A stretch of 63,851 nucleotides of DNA, the filler included, from an uncultured Methanoregulaceae archaeon (GTDB lineage: Archaea > Halobacteriota > Methanomicrobia > Methanomicrobiales > Methanospirillaceae): NCBI GenBank assembly GCA_964530035.1. It is 4 parts of 4 records of this genome, joined end to end, with 100 filler letters (N's around TTAATTAATTAA, not from the genome) between each part and the next. Parts side by side here need not be neighbours in the genome. Positions count along the whole stretch, not along the records: positions 19,309 to 38,395 come from CAZGXZ010000030.1; 3 more parts are not named here. One strand, written 5' to 3'. The position numbers were made by a program, and so were the translations under genes. Positions 23,369 to 33,078 of the stretch are shown one piece after another (within the stretch, counting starts at the first letter, position 1; the number at the start of each line of letters is the position of its first letter). The notes below the pieces were generated by a model. The model searched no databases. It was not told the origin of the DNA and saw only the letters and a program-made list of their open reading frames with translations.

Positions 23369-24265
23369 ATGCTGCGAGCCGTTGTGGTAATACCGGTTCT
23401 TCTTCTGCTCGTTCTTTCGACAGGCTGTATGAGCATGGTCTCCGGGCAGGGATCAGTGGTTGTTTCATCATCCCATTCGGGAGTCGATGTCTACCTTGAC
23501 GGGACAAATCATGGACAGACACCGCTGACACTCCAGAACATCCCTGAAGGGTTGCATACCCTGGAATTCAGATATAAAAATCAGCCTGGCTGGTCCACGC
23601 AGGTCTATGTCCCCAGGGGAGGGTCCTCATCAGTACAACTCGTCTTTGCCGGGGATATCCTCGAATCACTTCTCGTAACACCAAAACCAGGGATTACTCC
23701 GCCCGCCGTTACCACGACCGCTCCGGAAGGCAACGAGGTCCACATGAATACTACCTCCACGGTAACAAAGACCCCGCTCCCGGACCATTCAGTCACCGTA
23801 CAGAAAACCAGGACCTCAAATATAAGTAACGCCGGTATGGCCGTGGCTACGACCAGGACCATTGTCCCAAAGACAACATCCACACTACAAAAGGCTTCGT
23901 CAACATCCCGGATCCAACTCGTTGACCCGGTTATCGCCTACAAGGGGCTTGGGGACTACGTGACCAAGATCAAGGTCGAGGTGGGTCTGAGAAAAGGAGC
24001 AGACGGTATCAATATGAGAAATCCGACCATCAAAGAGTGGACGGAGTCGTTCTCAACCGAGCCCTACTGGGAGATTATCGAGAAAAAATATGCCAATGGC
24101 GATGATATCCTGACCGATGGTGAAATATTTGTATACATGATAACCACGCCGAAGCTCTATTCCGGAGATGTCTTCAGTATGAGCATCACACCCGAAAACA
24201 ATGAGCCGGGCATCGTATTCACCAGGATCCTGCCGAAGACGCTGCAGATGGACAACGTCCTCTAG
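23369..24265 (+). CDS. PEGA-domain putative lipoprotein with an archaellin-like C-terminal domain
   Basis: Start set at MLRAVVV; hydrophobic leader ending TGC; PEGA motif VYLDGxxxGQTPLTLQNIPEGLHTL; Thr-rich linker; C-terminus DDILTDGEIF...ITPE...FTRILP. Confidence 0.75.
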   Translation: MLRAVVVIPVLLLLVLSTGCMSMVSGQGSVVVSSSHSGVDVYLDGTNHGQTPLTLQNIPEGLHTLEFRYKNQPGWSTQVYVPRGGSSSVQLVFAGDILESLLVTPKPGITPPAVTTTAPEGNEVHMNTTSTVTKTPLPDHSVTVQKTRTSNISNAGMAVATTRTIVPKTTSTLQKASSTSRIQLVDPVIAYKGLGDYVTKIKVEVGLRKGADGINMRNPTIKEWTESFSTEPYWEIIEKKYANGDDILTDGEIFVYMITTPKLYSGDVFSMSITPENNEPGIVFTRILPKTLQMDNVL

Positions 24266-24317
24266 CACTTCCCGGCACCCCCACTCTTTTCCTTGTGTAC
24301 ACACAAGTGAATAAGGC

Positions 24318-25295
24318 GTGAAAATCATCCTTGAACTCTCAGGGGAACATCCTTCAATCCCTTTTAGTGAAATCTGCTGCGTCTGTTCACCCACCCTTAT
24401 CCTCCCCCGGCTGGTCCTTGCCGACTGCTCCGATACCTCATGTCTCGCCCGTCTGTCCCTGACCCACACCGTATCAGAATACCTTGGACAGTCTCCCCCA
24501 ACACTTGATGAAATCCTCACCATGGTGAGATCTCTCTCCCTGTCCGCAGGTTCGGCGTTCGCGGTACGGGCACGGAAGATCGAGGAGGGTTGTTCCGATG
24601 CATCGCAACAGGACCTTGAACGGCTTGTCGGAGGTTGCATCAGCGGCAGCGTGGACCTGAAAAACCCGGCAGAGGAGTACCGGGTGGTTATATCGGGAGG
24701 TACATGCCTCTTTGGGAAAAAGATCTACCAGAAAGACCCGGCCGCATATGCGGCACGGAGACCAAAGACCCGGCCATTCTTTCACCCGGGTGTTATGATG
24801 CCGGGACTCGCAAGGGCCCTCGTGAACCTCTCCCGGGTCATGCCTGGTGAAATCCTTCTTGACCCCTTCTGTGGCACCGGCGGCGTCCTTATCGAGGCAG
24901 GGCTCATCGGCGCTATCCCAGTGGGTATTGACGCCGATGAATTCATGGTCGAAGGTTCACGGCTGAACTGTCCTCACGCCGAGGTCATCCTCGCAGATGC
25001 TACGGCTCTTCCCTTTTCCGACGACTCGGTAGATGCCGTTGTCACGGATCTTCCCTACGGTCAGTCCGTCATCATCCATGCCGACACCCTGGAAAAACTC
25101 TACCATGATGCCCTTGCAGAGATTGCACGGGTCCTCCGCCCGGGAAAGACTGCGGTCATAGTGACACACAGGGATATAAGCCGGATCGCACAGGAAGTCC
25201 TCCCAATACAAAGCCGATATGAGCAACGGGTCCATAAAAGCCTGACCCGGCGGATCCTTGTCCTTGAGAAGAAAGAATGTGGATCGCCCCGGTAA
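24318..25295 (+). CDS. tRNA (guanine10-N2)-methyltransferase, Trm11/THUMP type
   Basis: Motifs ELSGEHP, RPFFHPGVM, LDPFCGTGG, TDLPYG, VHKSLTR. Confidence 0.88.
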   Translation: MKIILELSGEHPSIPFSEICCVCSPTLILPRLVLADCSDTSCLARLSLTHTVSEYLGQSPPTLDEILTMVRSLSLSAGSAFAVRARKIEEGCSDASQQDLERLVGGCISGSVDLKNPAEEYRVVISGGTCLFGKKIYQKDPAAYAARRPKTRPFFHPGVMMPGLARALVNLSRVMPGEILLDPFCGTGGVLIEAGLIGAIPVGIDADEFMVEGSRLNCPHAEVILADATALPFSDDSVDAVVTDLPYGQSVIIHADTLEKLYHDALAEIARVLRPGKTAVIVTHRDISRIAQEVLPIQSRYEQRVHKSLTRRILVLEKKECGSPR

Positions 25296-25380
25296 GGGAC
25301 TTCTGACGGTTGCCCTCTTACGATTTCTCCCCCCTGCCAGAAGCATCTCCAGGACAAGGGCTCTTCATACACGCCCCCTT

Positions 25381-26214
25381 TCAGGTGGTTAACACCATAG
25401 CAAGACCTGAAATGACGTTCAGGACCAGCATGGCGATTGCTGCAGCTGCGGCCCATATATGGATTTTCCTCATCCAGGGGTCTCCTTTTCGTATTCGTTC
25501 CCTGGTGAATCCAATAGCCAGTACCAGCACGAGGAGGCTGATAGTGACCACTCCAAGGGCTCCATGGATAACACGAAGGTGAGGACCACCCGACCAGAAT
25601 ACCATGAGGACAGCGCTTCCGGTGCCAGCAATAACAAGAAGTGAGCCTATCGCCCCAAGGAACCGGTGATGCCGGTACCAGCCACGGATCTGCTTGCGGG
25701 CGGCAAGGCTGGCGGCACCCAGGAGGAGGACTACCCCGATAACCATGAGGACAGCGTGGACCGGCCACAATGATGGCGGTGGGATACCCTGTGACGACCG
25801 TCCGGGATTACCCTCTGTACTTACCCCGGCGTTCTCTCCAACCGGGGACATGGCAGGTGTTTCTGTACTCAGTACAGGAACTGTCTTTTCAAGACTGCCA
25901 AAAAGATTACAGGTTGCAGACACGGAGATCTGGTCTCCAGCACCCGCAGGGATGTCAAACCGGTAAGCTGCCCTGTCTGCGGAGGATTGGCTGGTATACT
26001 GAAACGATTGTTGCTGACCTTTATTTTTTACAAGGGTGACAGACTTGATGAAATGGGTATCTGGGTTTTGGACCGGATGGTCGATTACAACCACGAGCTG
26101 ACCGGTTCCCTGGTCGTACTGAATATCCATTCCGGATGGGGGGTGAGCAGGAACGGTACCGGTCATACCGAACACCAGAACCAGGAAAATTACAAAAATC
26201 CCCTTCTTATTCAT
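25381..26214 (-). CDS. Exported SOR/desulfoferrodoxin-like domain fused to a 4-TM cytochrome-b561-like domain
   Basis: Signal peptide, then HPP...HPV...HFI...CNLFG; the C-terminal TM helices each carry His (VHAVLM, RHHRFLG, IHGALG, KIHIW). Confidence 0.65.
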   Translation of the reverse strand: MNKKGIFVIFLVLVFGMTGTVPAHPPSGMDIQYDQGTGQLVVVIDHPVQNPDTHFIKSVTLVKNKGQQQSFQYTSQSSADRAAYRFDIPAGAGDQISVSATCNLFGSLEKTVPVLSTETPAMSPVGENAGVSTEGNPGRSSQGIPPPSLWPVHAVLMVIGVVLLLGAASLAARKQIRGWYRHHRFLGAIGSLLVIAGTGSAVLMVFWSGGPHLRVIHGALGVVTISLLVLVLAIGFTRERIRKGDPWMRKIHIWAAAAAIAMLVLNVISGLAMVLTT

Positions 26215-26303
26215 GAGGTCTTCCCATCTCCTAGTGGTCTTTTCCTAACCTTCATACCTCTCCACGTTCAGAGGGTGCCTGACCTGTCTTAAAAAATAAT
26301 TTT

Positions 26304-26339
26304 TATACTATAATGTATAAAATTATACATTGATGTACT
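26304..26339. promoter_or_regulatory. Operator array of four TGTACA-like hexamers with 4-bp spacers
   Basis: TATACT-N4-TGTATA-N4-TATACA-N4-TGTACT, including the perfect 9-bp inverted repeat AATGTATAA-AA-TTATACATT. Confidence 0.6.
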
Positions 26340-26397
26340 GCGGCAAGGGACGGTTATCCCATGCTGATACACACCTCCAAAAAACGGTGAACTCTTC

Positions 26398-26925
26398 ATG
26401 AAATCACGAGATATTGCAATTGTTGGTATTTTACTCGCTGTCGGAGCCATATTCAGGTACCTCCTCCTCATGGTACCCGGGCCTATCACATCAAACATGG
26501 TCATTGCATTCTATTGCCTTGCCATTATCCTTATCATCCCGACCATGACCGAAGCCATCGGGATTGGTCTGATAGCAGGGATAATTTCGGCTTTGATTTC
26601 ACATTCCCTGTTCCCGCCGGCAAACCTCATAAGCGAGCCCGTCGGAGCGGTCGTCTGTCTGGGAGTCTACCTCCTCATCCGTTCGAAATCTGCCTTCTCC
26701 CCCGGGGTGACCACATTCATCGCCACGATAGCAAGCGGGTTCACGTTTGTAGCCATTGCGCTGTTCGCAGCCTTTACGTTCGCACCCGCACTCATGACCA
26801 AGGTCAAGACCGTTGAAGCATTCCTCATCGTGATCATCCCCATCGTTGTCGGGACAGCGGTTGTAAATTCAATTGTCGTTCAGATCCTGTACAAACCCGC
26901 CTCCCGCGTCCTTATCCGTGGATGA
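26398..26925 (+). CDS. ECF transporter S component (TrpP-like)
   Basis: Small multi-TM protein (GILLAVGAI, PANLISEPVGA) directly preceding the ECF A and T genes. Confidence 0.8.
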   Translation: MKSRDIAIVGILLAVGAIFRYLLLMVPGPITSNMVIAFYCLAIILIIPTMTEAIGIGLIAGIISALISHSLFPPANLISEPVGAVVCLGVYLLIRSKSAFSPGVTTFIATIASGFTFVAIALFAAFTFAPALMTKVKTVEAFLIVIIPIVVGTAVVNSIVVQILYKPASRVLIRG

Positions 26926-28373
26926 CCTGTATGATAGACCTGGAGGATGTCAGCTACCGGTATCCGGGGACGACCGTCCCTGCACTCCACCACCTTACCC
27001 TCTCAGTCAGGAAAGGGTCGTGCGTGGTCGTCACGGGACCGTCAGGAGCTGGAAAGACAACATTATGCCTGGCTGCGACGGGCATCCTGCACCATGAATA
27101 TGCAAACGGAGTGGAGGGGCAGATTTTTGTGGACGGGACCGATGTCCTCTCTTACAAGGATGTAAGCGCAATCGGGGCACGGGTAGGTGTAGTCTTTGAC
27201 GACCCTGATTCCCAGCTGATCTTTACGACGATTGAAGAGGAGATCCTGTCCACCCTGGAAAATTCAGGGATACCCCGCGACCAGGTGACTCCCAGGCTTG
27301 AAAAAATCCTCGAAACAACCCGGATCAGTCACTTAAGGGACCGTGCACCGCACACATTGTCCGGTGGCCAGAAACAGCGGGCAGCCATCGCGGTTACTCT
27401 TGCTATGAACACGGACATCCTTGTCCTCGATGAACCGACATCAGAGCTTGACCCGGCCTCCACTGAACTTATCCTGGGTATTTTCAGGGACCTGAAGGCA
27501 GAGGGGAAGACCATCATGATTATCGAGCACAAGATTGACCCGGTCCTGCCCATTGCAGACGAACTAGTCCTGCTAAAGAACGGTACAATCGCGGTACAGG
27601 GCCCACCAGGAGTCCTTCTTGACGACCCCGCTTTCAGGCCCCTCTTCATGGGTCCCGGGCAGAGAGGAAAACGTGTCATGCCCCCGGTTGCAGCCGAAAA
27701 CCCTGCTGCGGTTTCAGTAAGGAACCTGTACCATTGTTACGGGTCGGTTGCAGCCCTTGACAATATCAGCCTTACGATACCTCAAGGCGAATGGGTTGCC
27801 GTTGTGGGAGAAAACGGGTCGGGAAAGACAACACTGATCAGGCATTTCAATGGTCTTCTCCAGCCGACATCGGGTGAGGTGACCATTCTTGGACAGGACA
27901 CCAGGAGTGCTGGTGTCCATACCCTGTCTCAATCGGCAGGGCTGGTATTCCAGAACCCCGACACCATGTTCTTCTCGGACTCGGTCTATGAGGAGGTTGC
28001 CTATGGTGCAAGAAACCGGGGGATTGACGATATTGAATCGGTCATTCAGGACGCACTAGATCAGGTGAACCTCTCCCACGCAAAAAACCAGTATCCAAGG
28101 AATTTATCACGTGGGGAACGACAGAGGCTGGCGATCGCCTGTATCCTTGCCATGCAGACACCACTCCTCGTCCTGGACGAACCGACCACCGGTCTTGACC
28201 CCTGGGAGACGGTGGAACTCATGGAGGTTATCGTCTCGCTCCAGAGGTCAGGTCATACGATCGTGATGATCACTCACTCGCTTGAGGTCGCTGAACTCTA
28301 TGCCGACCGCGTTATCAGGATGGAAAAGGGAAAGATCACACACGATTACAGGCCCATCAGGGGTATCTCATGA
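26922..28373 (+). CDS. ECF transporter fused double ATPase
   Basis: Two Walker A motifs (GPSGAGKTT, GENGSGKTT), plus LSGGQKQR, FQNPD, LDEPT. Confidence 0.93.
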   Translation: MTCMIDLEDVSYRYPGTTVPALHHLTLSVRKGSCVVVTGPSGAGKTTLCLAATGILHHEYANGVEGQIFVDGTDVLSYKDVSAIGARVGVVFDDPDSQLIFTTIEEEILSTLENSGIPRDQVTPRLEKILETTRISHLRDRAPHTLSGGQKQRAAIAVTLAMNTDILVLDEPTSELDPASTELILGIFRDLKAEGKTIMIIEHKIDPVLPIADELVLLKNGTIAVQGPPGVLLDDPAFRPLFMGPGQRGKRVMPPVAAENPAAVSVRNLYHCYGSVAALDNISLTIPQGEWVAVVGENGSGKTTLIRHFNGLLQPTSGEVTILGQDTRSAGVHTLSQSAGLVFQNPDTMFFSDSVYEEVAYGARNRGIDDIESVIQDALDQVNLSHAKNQYPRNLSRGERQRLAIACILAMQTPLLVLDEPTTGLDPWETVELMEVIVSLQRSGHTIVMITHSLEVAELYADRVIRMEKGKITHDYRPIRGIS

Positions 28374-29155
28374 TCCCTGTGCTCCAGTTCTCTCCAGGCG
28401 AGGGCCTGTTTCACAGACTGAACCCCGTGACAAAACTCGTGTTCCTGCTTTGTATCATTATTTCATCCGTCATATGCCCTTCTGCAGGGTTCCTCGCGGT
28501 ATTGTTCATCATCATAGTGCTGCTTGCATGGGTAAGCGGGCTCTACCGGCCACTCCTGGCACAGGTCCCGCTCCTCCTGATCATGGCTGCCGGCATGGTT
28601 CTTCTCACGGTTGTCACCATCCCCGACGGTACCGTGATCGGAACCCTTATTCCTTCCATGGTCCCTGTTATTGGAGGTGCCATACCCATAACACTCGAAG
28701 CACTTGAGTTTGGAGTCCTCCTCACGCTCAGGTTCGGACTCATCATTGTGGCATCCCAGCTTTTCATCCTGTCGACGCAACCGCGTGCTATTATCCACAT
28801 CCTGTACAAGGCGCACATCCCTGTCGATTACATCCTGATGTTCCTGATTGCCATCAGGTTCATTCCCATGCTGCAGATCGAAGGGATGAGGATACAGGAA
28901 GCACAGCTCTCGCGGGGCTATAACCCTGGAACAGGGATACGGGGGGCAGTCAGGAGGATAACGCCGGTTATTATCCCCCTTGTCTCCAATTCCCTTGCGA
29001 AGACCCAGACCATCGGCCTCGCTATTGATATCAGGGGTTACCGCCGGGCACGCCCCTCATCGTTCATTACCTATCCGTTTTCATTCTCCGATTATCTCGC
29101 GGTCATTCTCTGTGCCCTTCTCGTACCTGTGAGCGCGGCTGTTCTCCTGGCATAG
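28370..29155 (+). CDS. ECF transporter T component
   Basis: Motifs HRLNPVTKL, IAIRFIP, EAQLSRG, AIDIRGY. Confidence 0.92.
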   Translation: MIPVLQFSPGEGLFHRLNPVTKLVFLLCIIISSVICPSAGFLAVLFIIIVLLAWVSGLYRPLLAQVPLLLIMAAGMVLLTVVTIPDGTVIGTLIPSMVPVIGGAIPITLEALEFGVLLTLRFGLIIVASQLFILSTQPRAIIHILYKAHIPVDYILMFLIAIRFIPMLQIEGMRIQEAQLSRGYNPGTGIRGAVRRITPVIIPLVSNSLAKTQTIGLAIDIRGYRRARPSSFITYPFSFSDYLAVILCALLVPVSAAVLLA

Positions 29156-29283
29156 AACTCCCCTGGAAAATCTCTTTTTATTCCCGCTGATGTGATAACG
29201 GTTTTTTGATAGCAATCCTGTTGTCCTATAATCCGATACAGGGAAGGATGAAAACCAGGTCAAAAAAGAATCAGACCAGGGAG

Positions 29284-29835
29284 TTATTGCTTCCTGATTA
29301 TCCGGAGGACGATCAGCTCCTCCCCGTCAGGCATGACCTCCTTATCAACGGTCTGCCAGGAGAACCCGTTTTCATCACAGATGCTCCCGACAACACCGGC
29401 ACCGTTCAGAGAAGAGATGAGCAGGAGGGCGCATCCTGTAATACAGAGCATTCCAGGGAGTAATGAAATAAAATCCCTGATCACCTCATTTCCATCCAGA
29501 CCCCCGTCGAGGGAATACTCGAGCCAGTCATTATGTCGCTCTGACGGATGCGTGGGGAGATACGGGGGATTGAACAGGACAAGGTCAAAACACTCCCTGA
29601 TACCCTTGTTCATGGTTGTCCTGATAACCGGGACCCCACGCGCATATGCTTCAAGCACGGCGTAGGGGTTGATGTCAGTCGCCACCAGGAACCGGCAAGG
29701 AGGGAGGGAACCTGCAATAATCCCGGAACCCGTACCGATCTCCAGGACCTTGTCATCAGGCCGGACCCATGTACGGGCTGCACGGAGCAGAAGCCAACTG
29801 TCCTCCTGCGGGGGATACACCTGGGTGTGCCTCAT
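29284..29835 (-). CDS. HemK2/MTQ2 family methyltransferase
   Basis: Motifs VYPPQEDSWLL, LEIGTGSG, FNPPY, DGGLDG. Confidence 0.92.
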   Translation of the reverse strand: MRHTQVYPPQEDSWLLLRAARTWVRPDDKVLEIGTGSGIIAGSLPPCRFLVATDINPYAVLEAYARGVPVIRTTMNKGIRECFDLVLFNPPYLPTHPSERHNDWLEYSLDGGLDGNEVIRDFISLLPGMLCITGCALLLISSLNGAGVVGSICDENGFSWQTVDKEVMPDGEELIVLRIIRKQ

Positions 29836-30599
29836 GTTACCAGGTTGGAAATTGTGGCAAAATCCTCGAGGTACAGTTCTTCAGCCCTTGAATCAAGTAT
29901 TTCTGGGATAATCCGGGAATAGGCTGCCAGTACCTTGTCATCACCAAGTTCACCCCGCGCACTTTTCAGTGCATTCCTGACCGTTTTTCGCCTGTGAGAA
30001 AACAATGTCCGGACAACCACGCCATATACTGCATCATCGGCGATGGGAAACAGTGGGTCACGGGGTATGATCTTCACCACGGTCGAACGGACCTGCGGGG
30101 GAGGTGAAAAACTTGATGGAGGGAGTTCAAAACATTTCTGAACGCATGCGTAGGTCTGGACCATGACAGAAAGCCTTCCGCACTCCTTTGAGCCGATATG
30201 AGCGACCATCCGGTCTGCAAACTCCTTCTGGAACATGAGGACCGCCTCGGAAAAATCCATGCGAAGCAGGCGGAACAGGATTTTCGATGATGCTGAATAG
30301 GGCAGGTTGGCAACAATAAGATCCCTTGACGGGAGAGCGCACCGTGCCGCATCCCCAAGCACGAGCTCGAGACGCCCCCCGGCGACTTCACTGGAAAATT
30401 GATCTGACAGGTATCGCAGGAGGTTTTCATCTATTTCAATGGCGGTGACCTTCGCACCGGCACAGAGGAGCGCCCGCGTGAGGACGCCCTCTCCAGGCCC
30501 TATTTCCAGTACGGACCTGCCTTCGACCTCGGTTAAGTGAATTATCCGATCAACCGCCTTCGGATCGACAAGGAAGTGTTGATCGCGGTATGCACTCAT
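29832..30599 (-). CDS. ksgA: 16S rRNA dimethyladenosine transferase
   Basis: Motifs DQHFL, LEIGPGEG, ANLPY, FQKEFA, HRRKT. Confidence 0.95.
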   Translation of the reverse strand: MSAYRDQHFLVDPKAVDRIIHLTEVEGRSVLEIGPGEGVLTRALLCAGAKVTAIEIDENLLRYLSDQFSSEVAGGRLELVLGDAARCALPSRDLIVANLPYSASSKILFRLLRMDFSEAVLMFQKEFADRMVAHIGSKECGRLSVMVQTYACVQKCFELPPSSFSPPPQVRSTVVKIIPRDPLFPIADDAVYGVVVRTLFSHRRKTVRNALKSARGELGDDKVLAAYSRIIPEILDSRAEELYLEDFATISNLVT

Positions 30600-31159
30600 C
30601 GGGATGTGAAGAGCCGGTACTTGACTTCAGGATCCTGTAACTCTTCCAGGACCCGGCTTATGATCATCTTTTCCGGGTGCGGAATGGACTTGATCCTTTG
30701 GCTGATATCAGCAAAACTTGTAAAGGGCTTACGGTTCCGTTCCTCAAGGATCTCCCAGAGAAGTTTCTTGCCGATGCCCGGGAGCAGATGGAGCGTGTGG
30801 AGCTTCGACGTGATGGGAACTGACCTGTTGAATATCTTGTCCACCAAGTCATTTTCCCTTTCACGCACAAGTTGTTCAATGGCAAAGGGGAGTTCGACCT
30901 TCGAGGTCTGAGTCAGTTCCGTATACCCTATCCGCCGCTTGACACGCTCAATTTTTTCCCGTTCACCATCGCCGATATAGACCCGGTCATGGATCTGTAT
31001 GTCCTGTGATTTCGGAATCAGCTCGAGGAGCTTGAACTGCTCGACTCCAACAGCCTGAATTATTGGTTCTCTTTTAAAGGGAGGGCGTGGATCATCAGGA
31101 TGTCCCTTCAGAAGGACATCAAGGACCACCGCATTCACTTCTTTCTTCTCTGCCTTCAT
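30596..31159 (-). CDS. DUF655 family nucleic-acid-binding protein
   Basis: Motifs FKLLEL, LHTLHLLPGIGKK; usual position between rpo4 and ksgA. Confidence 0.88.
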   Translation of the reverse strand: MKAEKKEVNAVVLDVLLKGHPDDPRPPFKREPIIQAVGVEQFKLLELIPKSQDIQIHDRVYIGDGEREKIERVKRRIGYTELTQTSKVELPFAIEQLVRERENDLVDKIFNRSVPITSKLHTLHLLPGIGKKLLWEILEERNRKPFTSFADISQRIKSIPHPEKMIISRVLEELQDPEVKYRLFTSR

Positions 31160-31176
31160 CCGTCCTAACCTCCCTT

Positions 31177-31527
31177 TCAGAAATGAGTCAGGACCATTTC
31201 GAGGATCTGGTCAAGATCCTCGGTAGACAGGGTGAATTTTTCCTTTGCATAAATTGCACGGAGTTCATCCCTTGTCCGTGGCATTATCTGTGCTATCCGG
31301 TAGGCAATATCCGGTTTCACCTTTTCAAGTGAAAGAAGTGAATTGATAAGTTCATTTGCCTTTTCAGGGGACGTCCTCGAGATATGGGTGGCATGCTCAA
31401 TGGATTTACGGAGTTCGTAGCTCATCTCCTTTTCTGCCGCGAGACGATCGGCCTCTACCCGACTCAGAACCGCCTTTACCTCTGAAAGAGATATCCGCTC
31501 CTCGCTCACTATGCCTTTAACCTTCAT
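31177..31527 (-). CDS. rpo4: RNA polymerase subunit Rpo4 (F)
   Basis: Motifs SYELRKSIEH, IMPRTRDELRAIYAKE; context next to rpl21e. Confidence 0.92.
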   Translation of the reverse strand: MKVKGIVSEERISLSEVKAVLSRVEADRLAAEKEMSYELRKSIEHATHISRTSPEKANELINSLLSLEKVKPDIAYRIAQIMPRTRDELRAIYAKEKFTLSTEDLDQILEMVLTHF

Positions 31528-31552
31528 CGTCTTGTCCCCCTGTGTTGTATTC

Positions 31553-31840
31553 TTACTGGGCCCGGAGGTGCTGCGGCCTGGAAATTACCATTTTTTCGCT
31601 GTTCCCGTCCTTGATGGAAAGGAGCCATGCGCGCCCGCGCCTTCCAAGGATGGTGCCGGTCTTCCCATGGAACCGCCTGTGGGGCATCCCTTTCTGGAAC
31701 GCCGGTTCACAGATGATATGCACCTTCTGTCCCTCTTCAAACTGCTGGATAATCCGGGTTACCGGGATAATACCTCTTTTTCTTAAATCCTTCTTGAATT
31801 TATATCTCGTCTTCTTGCGTGGGCCATTGTGGTGCGCCAT
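31553..31840 (-). CDS. rpl21e: 50S ribosomal protein L21e
   Basis: Motifs GMPHRRFHGKTG, RPQHL. Confidence 0.96.
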   Translation of the reverse strand: MAHHNGPRKKTRYKFKKDLRKRGIIPVTRIIQQFEEGQKVHIICEPAFQKGMPHRRFHGKTGTILGRRGRAWLLSIKDGNSEKMVISRPQHLRAQ

Positions 31841-33078
31841 CAGTTCATCCCTCCGTTTTCAAATCCCTCGACCATCACGACATCAAGTTCAGTGACGCGT
31901 GCCGGTTTTCCAAGGATCTCAGTGAGACTTGGTGTCGTCCGTCCGTTATCACCGGAAACCAGTTCCTTGATATAGAGGCCGGCTTCACCGAGGACCTCGA
32001 GGACATACTCATTCCCATGCATCCCGGCATACGCAATATCCACTACCTTTCGTTCACGTATGCGATCAGCTCTTCTATGAGCTACGCGTTGTGGTGTGCG
32101 CTGCCTGATTATGGTCCCTTTTAGGTTGTCCAAGGCCTTATTGAGTTCTGATAACGGAACAGAGCCTTCTATCCCAACTAGGATCCTGTATTTTTTATGC
32201 GCCTTGTGCGACTTTAATGTTTCCACCTTTGATCGGTCAGAATATCCCTCGAGTCTGACCTGGACACGGCCTTCCGAACCCTGGTTTATTTCTTCTTCAA
32301 GGCGATGGATATCAACTGATCGGACCCTTGGACGCACAATTTCCATAATGAAAGGCCTTCCTGTACCGATCATCCGTGCATCAATGTCCTCCCTCCCTGC
32401 ACCATGGAGGACAGCAGTCTCTGCCCCGAATAGTGCAGAGGCAGGTCTCCCTATCAGTTCCTCTACAGAGTCGCTATACTGTTTGCCAGTAAAACCGCAT
32501 CGCTCGCATCCTGACCCGTGACATGCCCTGCAGTCCCAGTGGGTCTGGGGGATGCCCCGTTCAAACTTCTGGTACCAGCCTGAAAAAAAAACCGGAGCAA
32601 CTGTTACATCCACGGTTTGGGCCTGAAAATCAATGAGAAATACGATATCAGGGTGTTTCAGGTCGACTTCCTTTCCTGACCGGGACATGATGATCTTCCC
32701 GGCCTCACGGTTAATCTCGGACTTGATAGGTTCCGGGTCCGTCAGGGAGAGGTCAGTCCATACCATCTCCTCGCTCTCGGTCACCATCGGCGGGACGCGC
32801 GACCCGACCAGGAACGTTTCATATTCAATCCCCTCCACGGCCTTTATCGCCCGGTCTGCCCATTCATCAAGAACGGAAAAGAGGTCGCCACAGATCCAGC
32901 AAGGTCCGTTCCCTTCGCTATAAGGAAGGTTATTGGATAATCCATTAACAATCCGTAATGACTTCCCGCGTTCGGCATTTGTCAGCCCATGGGAACGCTT
33001 TCCAAAGAGCCTTCCAAGGCAATGGTCACAGATGTCGCCATATGAAAGAATTGACCCGACCTGACTGATAATGTCCAT
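31840..33078 (-). CDS. pus10: tRNA pseudouridine(54/55) synthase
   Basis: Motifs CDHCLGR, HGAGREDIDARM, QRTPQRVAHRRAD, GLYIKEL. Confidence 0.95.
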   Translation of the reverse strand: MDIISQVGSILSYGDICDHCLGRLFGKRSHGLTNAERGKSLRIVNGLSNNLPYSEGNGPCWICGDLFSVLDEWADRAIKAVEGIEYETFLVGSRVPPMVTESEEMVWTDLSLTDPEPIKSEINREAGKIIMSRSGKEVDLKHPDIVFLIDFQAQTVDVTVAPVFFSGWYQKFERGIPQTHWDCRACHGSGCERCGFTGKQYSDSVEELIGRPASALFGAETAVLHGAGREDIDARMIGTGRPFIMEIVRPRVRSVDIHRLEEEINQGSEGRVQVRLEGYSDRSKVETLKSHKAHKKYRILVGIEGSVPLSELNKALDNLKGTIIRQRTPQRVAHRRADRIRERKVVDIAYAGMHGNEYVLEVLGEAGLYIKELVSGDNGRTTPSLTEILGKPARVTELDVVMVEGFENGGMN

